This document shows, piece after piece, positions 40,378 through 53,588 of a stretch of DNA of 64,000 nt (position 1 is the first letter of the stretch; every line of letters begins with the position of its first letter). The stretch is from assembly GCF_001194135.2 (NCBI RefSeq), contig NC_069001.1, forward strand, positions 30,498,891-30,562,890. Reading direction: 5' to 3'. The position numbers were made by a program, and so were the translations under genes. The notes beneath the pieces were generated by a model that was given only the letters and a program-made list of their open reading frames with translations, did no database searches and was not told the origin of the DNA. The stretch comes from Octopus bimaculoides. Its lineage: Eukaryota.

Positions 40378-40894
40378 ATCTGGTGAAGCTTAGATTTTGG
40401 TGTGTAAATACGTTCCTGTAAATACTACATAAAACATTCATAAATTTGTTAGCTCTAACGTTTTGGCCAATGATTATCAATAATATCAATACGCCAACGT
40501 CTTCTTTTTGTACGTACGTACTTGGGGTATGTGTCACGCTTACTTCTAAGGAAGAAGTGAGAGGCAAAGCGAGAGAGAGGAGGACAGAGAGGAAGTAAGA
40601 GGGTAAGAGAGAGAGAGAGAGAGAGAGTTAGAGAGAAGGAGAAAGAGTAAAAGAGAAAGGGAGAGTAAGAGAGAAACAGTGAATGGTGACGGCGTGCGTT
40701 TTTTGTACTATTCGCAAGAACAGTAGAAACGTAGATCTAAATAAATGTTCATACATATATACATACGTACTTACATTGTTAAACTAAAAGCGGGAGGGAG
40801 GAGGTAGACAAAGGAAGTGACAGAGAAAGAAAGTAAGAGAGTGTAGGTACACAGATACAGCAAATATTGGATATACTTTCATTTTCAATACCAC

Positions 40895-41075
40895 ATGGGG
40901 ATGAATTAAATCGCCAGTGGCTGAGTACTCCATAGACGTGCATATCATTAACGTAGTTCTCAGGGAGATTCAGCCTCATACAGAATTTAACAAGGCTGGC
41001 CTCATTGAATTACGGCTGCAACTCATTTTGGCCAGCTGAGTGGACTGGAGCAACATAAAATTTCAAGAGTTTGGA
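40895..41075 (-). mobile_element. SINE family B tail fragment
   Basis: GTGGCTGAGTACTCCATAGAC...GTAGTTCTCAGGGAGATTCAGC...CAGCTGAGTGGACTGGAGCAAC. Confidence 0.75.
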
Positions 41076-41367
41076 AGAAAACGTAAAAAAAATATCCTTT
41101 ATAGGGGCAGGAAATTCATTTTAGTCGTTAGGGTCACTATGGGTATTAATGTGGTCCGAACAGCGGTGTTTGCGGGTTTCATATATCTGGACACCAAGCC
41201 CTGTGGTAAACACCGACACGCAGACTTTTGTTATCAAACTGAGCGTGAGTCGAGGGTGAATACATGAAGGAATAGCAATTATTTCGTCTTAGCTTTTATT
41301 GCTTATACTAAACACGACATTTTTGTCTTACAATATAGAACATTTCCTTTCATTCTTTTTAAAAAAT

Positions 41368-41695
41368 GGCGCTCCGTCCGTTACAACGACGAAGTTCCTG
41401 TTTATCTGATCGACGGACGGTCTGCTCATAAAATTAACGTGCAAGTGGTTGAGTACTCCACAGACATGCATACCATAAGATAGTTCTCAGGGAGATTCAG
41501 CCTCACACAGATTGTGAGGAGGTTGACCCCCTTGAATTACAGCTACAAATCATTTTTGCAAATTGAGTGGACTGCAGTGAGGTGGAGTAGAGTAACTTAC
41601 TCAAAACCAGAGCACGCCGCAGGGAACTGTAATCATGACTTTACGATCGTGGGCCGAATAACCCTAACCATTGAGTTATGGACCTTCACTCTCTC
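41368..41695 (-). mobile_element. SINE family B-related, decayed near full length
   Basis: GGCGCTCCGTCCGTTACAACGACG...GTTCTCAGGGAGATTCAGC...CTTTACGATCGTGGGCCGAATAACCCTAACCATTGAG. Confidence 0.75.
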
Positions 41696-41897
41696 AATTG
41701 CAGAGAAAAGGAGTGAAACGATAAAGCCTCAATCAAAAGGAAAGCCTTCAAGCAGGCTATCCACATGCTAGAAATAACAGCCAAATCTCACAAAACTACG
41801 ATAACATACTGAAATTTTGAAAATGCGATTTTTGGAAATTTTTTTTTCTTCAGAATCAGATCCTCCTTAACCAAACACATGGGATTCCTTTAAAAAA

Positions 41898-41935
<38 letters not shown>

Positions 41936-41944
41936 TTTACCTAA

Positions 41945-42310
41945 TTTATGATTTCATTTTCCAGACACTTGTTAACACCCACCAGGCTGGTTATTTTTTT
42001 TTCTTTGTTCCTGGAGAGGATCTTTATATTGACCGTTATTTGTTGGCTCTATATGTTGATTAGAAGGCATTTTGTTTCTCTTCGTGGTCCCTGACATTAT
42101 TATCTTTATCTTCATAACCGTCTGTATTGGCATATCCTACAGAATGGGTTCTTTGTCCTTTTCTGAAACATTTTCCGGTGTATGCTAATACCATCAGTTG
42201 TGCTGTTGGTCCCCATGGTGCTGGCACAAATTCCTAGTATATGTAAGTGCCACCTCTGTCATGTCTATGGATATACTCCTTCTTGACCAAGACTGTCCCA
42301 CCAGATAATA
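41945..42310 (-). mobile_element. Third RLE-clade (R4/NeSL-like) LINE fragment
   Basis: VLVKKEYIHRHDRGGTYIY* followed by shifted W/D-containing remnants; matches LAKKEYIHRHDRVG..IHW.LC. Confidence 0.7.
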
Positions 42311-42312
42311 TA

Positions 42313-42498
42313 GACAAACAAGGACAGACAAAGGGATTAAGTCGACCCCTGTGCGTAACTGGTACTTAATTTATCGAGCCCGAAAGGATGAAAGGCAAAG
42401 TCGACCTCGGTGGAATTTGAACTCAGAACGTAGCGACAAACGAAATACCACTAAGCATTTCGCCCCGGCGTGCTAACGATTCTGCCATCTCGGCGCCT
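42313..42498 (-). mobile_element. Family A SINE
   Basis: Reverse complement of the family A consensus, low divergence. Confidence 0.9.
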
Positions 42499-42706
42499 TT
42501 GATGCAATAATTACATCTAACAATGGATTTAATGCGACGCTCTAATCTCATTGGCGCCTCGCTAAGCTCTATTCCATTATAGTTCCTTTCACTAACAAAC
42601 TGAACATCGCGTCATTATGGAAACAGCAGCTTATCAGGTTTTCTCTATGACAAGGAATGACAGTCTTATTTATTCTTTCTATATCTATATCTACAAACAT
42701 CCACAC

Positions 42707-42747
<41 letters not shown>

Positions 42748-43151
42748 TAAAGATAATTGGGATGCTTCATGTATGTCTATCTCTGAGGATAATCACATCG
42801 TTGAAGTTTGATGTTGTTGCCTTATTCTCTTTGAGTTCGCTTATTCCGTTGTTGGAACTGTATTTCTATTTTTCTGATATATTCTTCCTACTTTGTTGTT
42901 TACCAGTTTTTAATTGTTCCAGTGGGAACGATTGAACGTTGACGAGGAATTTTAAGTGCAGTACTCTGCATGTTTTATTTCCTTATTCTTCCAACTGAAA
43001 TTAACAAACAGCGACTCACCATTTCGATCATTGTTTTTTTTCATCGTTTTTTTTTAATACTTTCTTTTCTCCATGTTTCCTTTTAACTTTTGTCATACTG
43101 GTATACACACACACACATATATGTATATATGTGTGTGTATGCTTGTATATT

Positions 43152-43183
<32 letters not shown>

Positions 43184-43205
43184 CGTATGTATGCATGTAT
43201 ATATA

Positions 43206-43237
<32 letters not shown>

Positions 43238-43625
43238 CGTATGTATGCATGTATATATATGTGTGTGCATATATATATATANNNNNNNNNNNNNNNNNNN
43301 NNNNNNNNNNNNNNNNNNNNNNNNNNNNNNNNNNNNNNNNNNNNNNNNNNNNNNNNNNNNNNNNNNNNNNNNNNNNNNNNNNNNNNNNNNNNNNNNNNNN
43401 NNNNNNNNNNNNNNNNNNNNNNNNNNNNNNNNNNNNNNNNNNNNNNNNNNNNNNNNNNNNNNNNNNNNNNNNNNNNNNNNNNNNNNNNNNNNNNNNNNNN
43501 NNNNNNNNNNNNNNNNNNNNNNNNNNNNNNNNNNNNNNNNNNNNNNNNNNNNNNNNNNNNNNNNNNNNNNNNNNNNNNNNNNNNNNNNNNNNNNNNNNNN
43601 NNNNNNNNNNNNNNNNNNNNNNNNN

Positions 43626-43674
<49 letters not shown>

Positions 43675-44620
43675 ATGTATATGTAGGCATGTGTATATAT
43701 ACATATATATGTGTGAGTGTGTGTGCATTTATGCGCACATATAATCATACGAATATATGTGTCTATATTTATGCGTGTGTGTGTGTGTATGTGTAGCCTA
43801 TCTCTCTGCATATATATATATACTCTGGTACAAACAAAGACTCTCACATAGACACACATATATATACCAATATGTATGCCATACATTTGTGTTAATCTCT
43901 TTGATCCTAATCATCATTGAATGTAGTAAACCCGAGTAAAACCCTTGGGACAAAACAAATTATGTGTCAGTACAAATGGAATCGGTAAATTCGAAAGATG
44001 AAACTAGAAATGAGATCTTCCTAGAACATTTTATATTCAGCACAGGCAATTTCTAGAAGTTGCTGTAAATTTACCTCAAAAGTGTTACGATGCCAAGAAA
44101 ACGATGGTTTTCATATATGGCAAGTATAATGGACTGGATAAACATGCAAATTTAAGATAGCAAAATAGCTTAAAAATATATTTGAAAAGAAAAATGGAAA
44201 ATAATTTCCACAGCTAAATATTTGAAAATAAGCATTTGCATATTTTTGGATGTTATTACCTATTGGAATAATGATTAATTGCATGAGTACTGTTTTTTGG
44301 GGGGTTTTTTTTTTCTTTAGAGAAATATCCATACGACTGAAGAGAGGCTGGGATGCACCCAGAGATAAACATGCATACACATACAAACACATACGCATGC
44401 ACACACACACAGACACACACACACACACACTGGTAGATACACGCGCATATACAGGTGCATATTTATTCATAAATATGCACGCCCTACTAAACAAGCATAC
44501 ATATAAACACATGTAACCAGTCATTTTTCCTATATATTTATGCCTGGATACATGTATATACATACATACATACATATAAATATATGTTTGTGTATGTGTT
44601 CGTGTTCGTGTCTGTTTGTG

Positions 44621-44687
<67 letters not shown>

Positions 44688-45719
44688 TTATATATCAGTT
44701 TATATGTGTGCGCATATATATATTCACATTATTCACATATCAGTCCACTTTCTCATATAATGTTTTTAACATGTAACTAATTTGAGTTTTAATGTTAGAC
44801 AAAACGTTGAATCGGACCTCTAAGATTTTTTAAAATTTCTCATGCAAAATTCCAGAATTAAATTATAAAATTTATGTTCAAGATCAGCAGTGATATATAT
44901 TACTTATTAATAGTTTCATGTTATACAAATCAAAGAGTGTGTTATATATAACATGTCTATTATTATGACATAACTTGAGGGAATTCCACTCGTTTTGCGA
45001 TCATTTATAAAATGTAACCATTTACTGGAATATTTTATATGCATCACGAAGACCAAATGTATACAACTGATCAGGGTTGCATTATTAGATGTGATTTAAA
45101 CACCTGCTCACACTCATAGGTATATATTCACACTCACACATACAAGATAAATGTGTGTTTGTGTAGATATGAGTGTATGTGTTCTGTGGGTAGTATATAT
45201 TTGTGTATGTATATAGTTATATGGTGAGCTACATGAAATAGCTAATAATTGTAACATGCAGATATACTGAGTGGTATACGATAAATCCTTAATGTACTGA
45301 CCGTATCTCCATAAACAGAAAAGGTAGAAAATTCGATTGTAAGTAAATGTGATGTGAAGATTATCCTCAGAATGAACAGCTCTCAAACGTTGAGATGTTA
45401 GGAAGACAAAAAAAAATTCCGATTACCAGGAAAGAGATCAGCTGCACAAAATTCTCTCTGCTTTGAAGTCGTTCTCATCGCAATACAATTCACCTAACTT
45501 CTTTCAGACAAAACGTGATAAGACATATAGAAACATTGTAAGCAAATGTTTCTATATAAGATTCCAGTACCTTGTAAGTTCCAATAGTTTTTTAAATTGG
45601 TCATTCCAATGACCAATTTTAAATACTGGAGCTTAACTATAGTCTGTCCATAGCACTAACGCAGCATTACCTGGCACCATTGGGTCTTATTGACACCCTT
45701 ACCACTCATAACCTCTCTT

Positions 45720-45782
<63 letters not shown>

Positions 45783-45807
45783 NNNNNNNNNNNNNNNNNN
45801 NNNNNNN

Positions 45808-45846
<39 letters not shown>

Positions 45847-46664
45847 CGATATATGTTTACATGTAAAATCATATACTATATACATATATTTATATAGTAC
45901 ACACACACACACATATATACATTCAATTCACGTTCTTTTCGAGTGAAATGGCATATTTATATAACTTTGAAAACTTAGTTACAATTTCTTCTAGATTCCT
46001 TTGTAACAATTGCTTTCGTTTACTGAATTATTTTCCAGGAATATTACGATCTCGTCTTCTGAATGACGTGCACTCTTATGTCAATTCGCAAGAGGCTATG
46101 CAAGGATGCAAGCCGCATAATAAAACAGCGAAGCAATGCATCCGCGGAACGCATTGAATACAAACCTATATCACTTCATTGTGTAATAAGAAATAATAAT
46201 TGGATCAGAGGTTCTTACAAAATGTCCATTCACTACAGCATATACAGAATCCGGCAAGAGCGCTTTATAGTAATCAGGCTATCCTCATGATGTGTGTGAA
46301 AATATTTCAGAAGATTCAAAACTAGAAATTACTTAAGAGAGAATATCAAAAGTTTGACTGAAAATGAATATAACTGTCAGATTGCTTTTATGTTAGACCC
46401 ACGCTGGATCATCGATGTAAATGGATACATCACATGGAAAGTGAGAGTAATAATGAATAAAGAATAATGATTAAGGAAAATTTGGTTTCTTCTCCATCAA
46501 AAGAGATGTTATAAAATTGCAAGCGTTTTAATATGTAGTGCGAGTGTATCTCTGCAATCATGAATGCTGGAATTGTTTACATTCACTGTGCGTATATGCA
46601 GACACACACACGGATAGATTGATACATATATAGTTAGATGGATAAACAGATAGCTATGTTGATA

Positions 46665-46727
<63 letters not shown>

Positions 46728-46728
46728 C

Positions 46729-46936
46729 TGATTTTTAAATTCTCAAACGCAGGATAATACTAATAATATGGCCTGAACAGGATAAGCTACCCCTATTTTG
46801 CAGAAAAAAGTGTAGGCGGCCGCTATGAGACGGTCTCACAGCTGGCCGCCTACCCTTTTTTCTGCAAAATAGGGGTAGCTTATCCTGTTCAGGCTATATT
46901 ATTCGCATTATCTTGCGGTTGAGAATTTAAAAATCA
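46729..46936. mobile_element. ~208-bp fold-back (palindromic) element, MITE-like
   Basis: Arms of ~103 bp differ by about 7 substitutions and 1 indel (manual count); perfect 40-bp core GCCTGAACAGGATAAGCTACCCCTATTTTGCAGAAAAAAG; essentially no spacer. Confidence 0.85.
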
Positions 46937-47769
46937 CTTCTTTAACTTTCTAAGAGGGCACAACTTCGTTTGTTTGTTTACGTCTATCGTAATTTGAATT
47001 TAACACACACACACACACACACACATATAATGGTGTGTGTGTTTGTGTGTGTGTGTGTGTCTGTGTATGTATGCACGTGTAATCAATATCGAATGCGTAC
47101 AAGTTATGTGATCAGGCTGCGATCTATAGGCGTGAGAGAAAATTTTTCGCAATAGGCCTGGTGTAAAAGCACATAGAAGTCAAAGACAACCGAGACAACT
47201 CACACCAGTTCTCGTGACCAAAAGTGGCACGCATTAAAATTTCGTCATTTTGTGACTTATCAATACCACGCACCCAAAACGAGGCCAGATGTACGCTAAA
47301 TAGCTAGCTATAAGTATATGTTAAACGGTGTGAATACCATATGCTGGTATGTCCCAACGTTCCATACTACGAAAAAAAAAACATGAATTAATAAACAGCC
47401 GGAGGAGTATGAAGAATATCGAATACGCATACATAGTGTATGTGTATTTCCATGAATATAAATAGTCGTGTTGACGAGTAAAGTTTTTCTCGTACCTATA
47501 AATCGCAGCCTATCCACAAACTGATATTATAAAATGAGGGAGAGTGATATGATTAAACGATAACTGGAAAGAGAGAGACAGAGACAGAAAAAATATACCG
47601 ACAGGTTGAATTGTTGAACTGTTAATATTCTTTGTGCCTTTCCCCGGTGACGGGAGAAAGGAATTGTTTGTGCAACGACATTTTTATATGCTAAAAATTG
47701 AACATTTTAAAGCCGGTGTAGGCTTATCGCTGCGCCCCCCCCCAGCAGGGGTGGGATATGAACTGTCAT

Positions 47770-48240
47770 TATTTTTGGACTTTTATCCTCGTTAAGAGGG
47801 GAAAAAAACACAAGATAGTTTTCCCGTTTTGAGGGATTAATTTATGCTGTAGGATTTATTTATTTTTCAACTGTTACAATCGTTAGGAGGAATAAACACA
47901 TATAGGTTTCTCGTCTTTAATGTGTTCTGTGCTGTGTGGGAAAGCTGAACTTCGGCCGTGTGTGCTTTGTTATTTGAACTGTTGTCCTCATTAAGAGGAA
48001 AAAAAACACAATATAGGTTTCCCGTTTTGAGGGATTAATTTACGCTGTAGGATTTGTTTATTTTTGAACTGTTATTCTCGTTAAGAGGAAAAAAACACAA
48101 CACAGGTTTGCCATCTTTGATGTGTTCTGTGCTGTGTAGGAAAACGAAACTTCAGCCGTTGTAGGCTTTATTATTTGAACTATTGTCCTCATTAAGACTG
48201 GAAAGAAAAAAACAGATTATAGGTTTCCCGTTTTGGAAAA
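47770..48240 (+). repeat. Higher-order tandem repeat (A-B-A-B-A', ~200-bp dimer) in the 5' region of a LINE
   Basis: TCCTC(G/A)TTAAGA recurs near 47787, 47985 and 48185; A carries TTTCCCGTTTTGAGGGATTAATTTA, B carries TGTGTTCTGTGCTGTGT. Confidence 0.85.
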
Positions 48241-48473
48241 AGTAAGCTCTTTACAGGCTCTATTACTACCCCCCCCCCCCCCNNNNNNNNNNNNNNNNNN
48301 NNNNNNNNNNNNNNNNNNNNNNNNNNNNNNNNNNNNNNNNNNNNNNNNNNNNNNNNGAGGAGGGTATGATTTGAACTGGTATCCTCTTTAATAAGAGGGA
48401 AAAAACATAGATTTACCGATTTTAGGAAAGATAATTGAAAATTCTTATGTGTAAGAATTAATTTCGACTGAGT

Positions 48474-48935
48474 ATGTCGGTCGAAATAATTCAACAAGCA
48501 AAACCGCTGGATGAGCCAGCAAAAAATTTCGCGGCAGAGGCCGTTGTATCATGTGAGAACGTGATAATACAAACGGAGAAGCTCTCCGAGTTTTTTGAAA
48601 GAACGAAAGAGGAGGGTGGGGATATAAAGATCTCACCCTTCCCTAGTGTTGAAAACATGAAGTGAAGGACAGTCGTTTACAAAACGTACTGTCTTTCGTC
48701 GAAAAAATTTAAGCACTTCGAAACGGGCGAAGTAGAAAAATACCTGGCCCCTATACGGAAAGACATAAAGTACATAGCGAGGGGTCGGGCATATGAAACA
48801 ATAGAGGCCAGATTTGAGACGGCCGAAAAAGCCCAAGAGCACTCAGTGAGTCCCCTGAAAACGAAGGAGGTGCTGCTGCTCCCAACCTACATGGGAAGGA
48901 GAACAGCACGATTCAGGGTATCGAAAGTGCCATTC
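48474..48935 (+). pseudogene. L1/Tx1-like ORF1 N-terminus (RRM-like), one in-frame TGA, truncated
   Basis: MSVEIIQQAKPLDE...VENMK*RTVVYKTYCLSSKKFKHFETGEVEKYLAPIRKDIKYIARGRAYETIEARFETAEKAQEHSVSPLKTKEVLLLPTYMGRRTARFRVSKVP stays in one frame; GC-richer than its flanks. Confidence 0.65.
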
Positions 48936-49570
48936 GAGTAGGAAGTTCTTGTTGAGTGAGTTGTATCCTGGTATAGGTAGCTTATCCGGTATTCCTTGAA
49001 GAAATTTGTCCAGATTCCATTTAGAGGTAATGGGATCCTTTTCCTCTTTGATCTATCTCGAGATAATTTTAAGTAGTGCAGAGCCTGCTGAGGAAAAGAA
49101 ATTATGTTGCAATGTATTTCTGTGTTGTGATCCTGAATTGGCTAGGGGACGTATGACCCGTGGTCTTAGCCTTGGATGAATTTTGAAGCTAATGTTGAGG
49201 TCGTTTGGGCAATGCTGGTGGAATATTCTCCACATCGTGCAAATGATATATATCGTTCACGGCGGCGCTGGAGAGAATAGAGTTTCAATACTTTAAGGCA
49301 GTCCCTTAAAGCATCAAGATAAATCATGCCCTTAATTCTTTTCGTGAATGACCTCTAGGGTGATTCGATTTTCGAGATGTTTTGTTTTGTATAATGTGAC
49401 CACAGCGGGTAGCAGTATCCGAGGGGTGGCCGTACAAAGGCGGAGAAAATAGGAATGATGACATCTTGTTCTCTGTACCGGAAAGTTCATAAGATCCAAC
49501 AGCTATATCGACCATATCGTTGATGTGGGCATTTCAGCTGAGATTGTTATGAATAATTACCCCAAGACCT
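48928..49570 (-). mobile_element. CR1-clade LINE 3' fragment (RT thumb / C-terminus)
   Basis: IRGLGVIIHNNLS*NAHI...FVRPPLGYCYPLWSHYTKQNISKIESP*RSFTKRIKGM...LKVLKLYSLQRRRERY matches VRPHLEYC..VWSP....I..LE.VQR.FTK.I.G...LYSLERRR. Confidence 0.85.
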
Positions 49571-52500
49571 CTAATATTATTAGATGTTGTACACATATAC
49601 ATATATATAGAGAGAGAGTGGTGTATGTATGTATCTACGTATGTATGTATATTGCTGATGCGTGAGTCTTATTGTTAAAAGATATTTGGCGAGAAGAATA
49701 CACAACCCCAGCGATAACGTCATATATTTTCTTGAAACTGATACTGTGTGGGTTTAGAAAATTCGTATGCATAGTTAAGAATTATACTGCTTCAAATCAA
49801 CTGTAAATTTTCATAATGTTGAACTTTAAATACTAATACTAATAAAAAAATAATCGCAAAACATAATAAATCTAAAATAAAACAAGATACAGACACGGCC
49901 ATACATATGCATGCACACACACGCATATACATATTCATATTAGTACTCACATATGTAATGTATTAGTGAGGAGAGACGGTGAGTTGGAGATAGCGAGAGG
50001 AAAAGAAATAAAATACGTTGTTTGGCATACAGTGAAACATTACGATATTGTGTGGAGCATCATTAGAAACCACATACTTTTGAAACACGCTACCCGACAT
50101 TCAAGTATTTGAAAGCCTCAAAATGGTGGTAATCCACATATACACGAAGTACTCCATACTTAATAACTCGGATTTGCCGGATATGTAAGAAGCGCATGGA
50201 ATGTGCCTGCATTATCCACTTCAAGCTACACAGCGATGCATGATGGGAAACTCTTAATTTGAATATTGGTAAAGTAGTTATATTCGAAGGTCAGAATGAC
50301 ACAGAAAATGAGGCGAGTGTTCGATATAGAGAGATACCATAAAAATCAGTCGACATCCATTTTCATTCCATGTACGATTATAAGCAAATTAGTGTTGTAA
50401 CTGTAAGAGGTATTGTTAAATACTTGAGGTATATATGAGTATTATGAATGCTAGACATAGATAAGTAGACAGACTAGCATAAGTTATTTACTAAAAACAC
50501 TGATACATTTTCACGTATGTTGCAGACAAAGTTTCGAAAACTTTGACAAATAATCGCAGAAAACTAGATTTCTTTGTAGAACACTTTTCCATTTTTCTTT
50601 ATTTTGCCGATGTTAATGTTTGCATTTCCATTAGTTGCTCATATCTACTTATCATCAGATATGTTATTAAGGGCTGTTTGTAGTAGCAGTCAGTCAAATG
50701 TGTTGGTTGTGTTGCTAAAATATAATAAGAGAGTTATTATTAATACTTCATTAGACATAGGCAATGAGTTCAATACCAGTTTCTACTTACGTCTGTATAT
50801 CCACATCGAAGTATAAAACACCTGATCAATATCACCAGGAACAAGATTCAAACAATACATATACATACTATGTGAGTCAGATTTTTAGTGTGTATATTTA
50901 CCGCATACTTCCCAACGTAATTTGGTAATGAAATTGGAGTTCAGCCGCACTTGGCGTCTGGTCGAATTTTTTTATATATGAAATATGACCAGTACAGCGT
51001 TGCAAAACCCATAGCTGAGATGCCCTTTCTCAACATTCAAATAATAAGTTTCAAATTTTTATTTTATTACCTTCATGCCTTACTGTGTTCTTGAAGAGGA
51101 TAAAGGATACACGTCTCACGTGCTTCTTTCATATCAGAGAAATTAAAGTTATTATGCATGGTATACTCTAAGTATATGTGATTAGTCGCTATATCTGGAC
51201 TTTGAAATGCTAGAAAGCCAAGGTGAATGGTTTCAACTATTTTGGCTTCTAATGATGCATAAGAAAGTATGTGACTAAGTGCTATTTCGTAGTCCAGTCA
51301 GACTTTTCATCCCATTCTTCTCTCTTCGTTGGTGTACCTGCCTAATAATTCATTCCATATTCTGTATTGTTTTCTTTCGAATCCGCTTCAATTTTCGTGA
51401 ATCTCGTTTGTGGGTCTCGTTAAAATGAACTGTGGCATAGAGTTTCCGCAGTAAAAATTTTGTTTCTCTGCCTTCTCTCAATGTGGAAGTTTCAAAACTT
51501 CTCGATACAATCGGACGCTATTTAATAGATTCCATAGAGCTTCAAGCGGTAAACTTTTTGATAATTACTGTAGCTCGTTACGTTCTGACTTTAAATCGCA
51601 TAGTATGAAATATGTCTTTCAATGTTGGGGCTTTGATAAAACAATGTATCAGTCCAGTGCTAGGTCCTTGTCACTCTGCCTGCTTCCGACTGTCAAATAT
51701 CAGGTTCTTTTCACCGTATCATGTTTTGCTAACGGATGTAGAGCGTCTGCATGTATGCACAGTAACGTTAAAGTCTATAAAAGTAATCAACGAAATGCGT
51801 AGTTTTATCCTGAATTGAAGTCATATAATATTGCAACGACGTTCGCATTATATATAATATATATATATATATATATANNNNNNNNNNNNNNNNNNNNNNN
51901 NNNNNNNNNNNNNNNNNNNNNNNNNNNNNNNNNNNNNNNNNNNNNNNNNNNNNNNNNNNNNNNNNNNNNNNNNNNNNNNNNNNNNNNNNNNNNNNNNNNN
52001 NNNNNNNNNNNNNNNNNNNNNNNNNNNNNNNNNNNNNNNNNNNNNNNNNNNNNNNNNNNNNNNNNNNNNNNNNNNNNNNNNNNNNNNNNNNNNNNNNNNN
52101 TAACTTTCTGCTGTCCCTATTCTTTTCATTGCTATTATGTTAAACTTTCGTATTGTTTTCAATATATATATATATATTTCTTTGCAATAGCCGGTTCTTT
52201 TCGTCAAACTATCGTCTCTCCAGCTGCGTCAGATGGCAAGATAGGAAAATTGTCAAAGTGCTGTACAACGGTTTTGCTATGGAATGGCGAAACTATTTTT
52301 CGTCTTCTGAAAAAGCAATGTTTTGGACTTACGGCACTTTTGCGTAATAGCAACGTTTTCTTCTATTAATTGAATACGGATTATATGCATAATATATACC
52401 TATTGATTTAGGGAAATTTTATTTCCCAAAAGTATTAGGTATTGAACTAATGTTTTCTTGGATGTAATCATCACTTCAGGAGGTTAATATATCCTCTAAT

Positions 52501-52903
52501 TGAGAGAGAGAGAGAGAGAGAGAGAGAAAGATAGATAGATGGAGAGGTAGATATGTAAGTAAGTAGGTAAGTAGTTAGGTAGACAGACAGAGAGACAGAC
52601 GAACTGATAGGTAGATAGATAAATAGGTATGTAAGTAGGTAGGTAGGTAGGTATGTACACATAGATAGATAGATAGATAGATAGATAGACAGATATACTA
52701 CACATATACATGGTACATACATGTATGTATTAAATACGAAGGAAGTTTAGTGTTAACGATGATTGCATTATATGAAATTCGATACGTGGTTGTATTAACT
52801 CACGTAAATATATGGGAAATGAAGAAGTTGTGCAAAGCTTATAGAGTAGTTGCCCCAGGTAATTCTATTCTTCATTTGTTAACATTATTTATGGCATACG
52901 CTA

Positions 52904-53292
52904 AGGTGGCGAGCTGGCAGAGTCGTTAGCATGTCGGGCAACAAGCTTATCGATATTTCTTCCGTCTGTCTCTACGTTCTGAGTTCAAATGCCACCAAGT
53001 TGACTTTGCCTTTCATCCTTTCGAGGTCGATAAATTAAGTACCAGTTGCGTACAAAATCGATTGACCCGATCCCTCAAAATTTTTGGTCCTTGTGCCTAG
53101 AGTAGAAAAGTATATTTCTTCTGTCTTTACGTTCTGAATTCAAATTCTGCCGAGGTCGACTTTGCCTTTCTTCCTTTCGGAATCGCTAAATTAATTACCA
53201 GCTGCGTACTTAATCGACTAACACGCTCCCCCCAAATTTCGGTCCTTATACCTAGAGTAGAAAAGGATATGTCTTCTGTCTTTACGTTCTAG
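52904..53292 (+). mobile_element. Tandem array of family A SINEs (2 near-complete plus 1 partial)
   Basis: AAGGTGGCGAGCTGGCAGAG head; repeated CCTAGAGTAGAAAAG...TCTTCTGTCTTTACGTTCT junctions. Confidence 0.85.
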
Positions 53293-53588
53293 TCACTCTT
53301 TATATTTGATTACTGTGCTTTCAGAATATATGTTTTTCTAATTTCACAATGGTCCTGTTACCGATGGGGAAGGCATCCAATACGAAACCCCAAAATATTT
53401 CAGCACTGCTTGATTCATAACAGAGCATAACTATGTTATTCTTATGGTATTAAATTCAAAATTTAATATGTTCAATAACATCTAAGATCGGTCACAGTCT
53501 AATGATTTTAAATTTCGCTTAAAGTTAGAAGAGACCATATCCAATTATTTATTGAGCACAAGTCAACTGGAAACAATGATCAGCTTAC

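Noticed and set aside
45427-45441. 15-nt minus-strand microexon-like segment (LISFL)
   Set aside because: Short pyrimidine tract with competing AGs upstream; expected by chance
46039-46157. Strong plus-strand acceptor followed by GILRSRLLNDVHSY...GTH*
   Set aside because: No homology recognised and no credible upstream exon partner
50777-50810. 31-nt minus-strand exon-like segment with GTAAGT donor
   Set aside because: Weak acceptor, all frames open and no informative peptide
52153-52347. SCVRWQDRKIVKVL resembles the piggyBac 'W.D...V..LS' motif
   Set aside because: The following residues do not match the expected YN..MGGVD region; evidence too short
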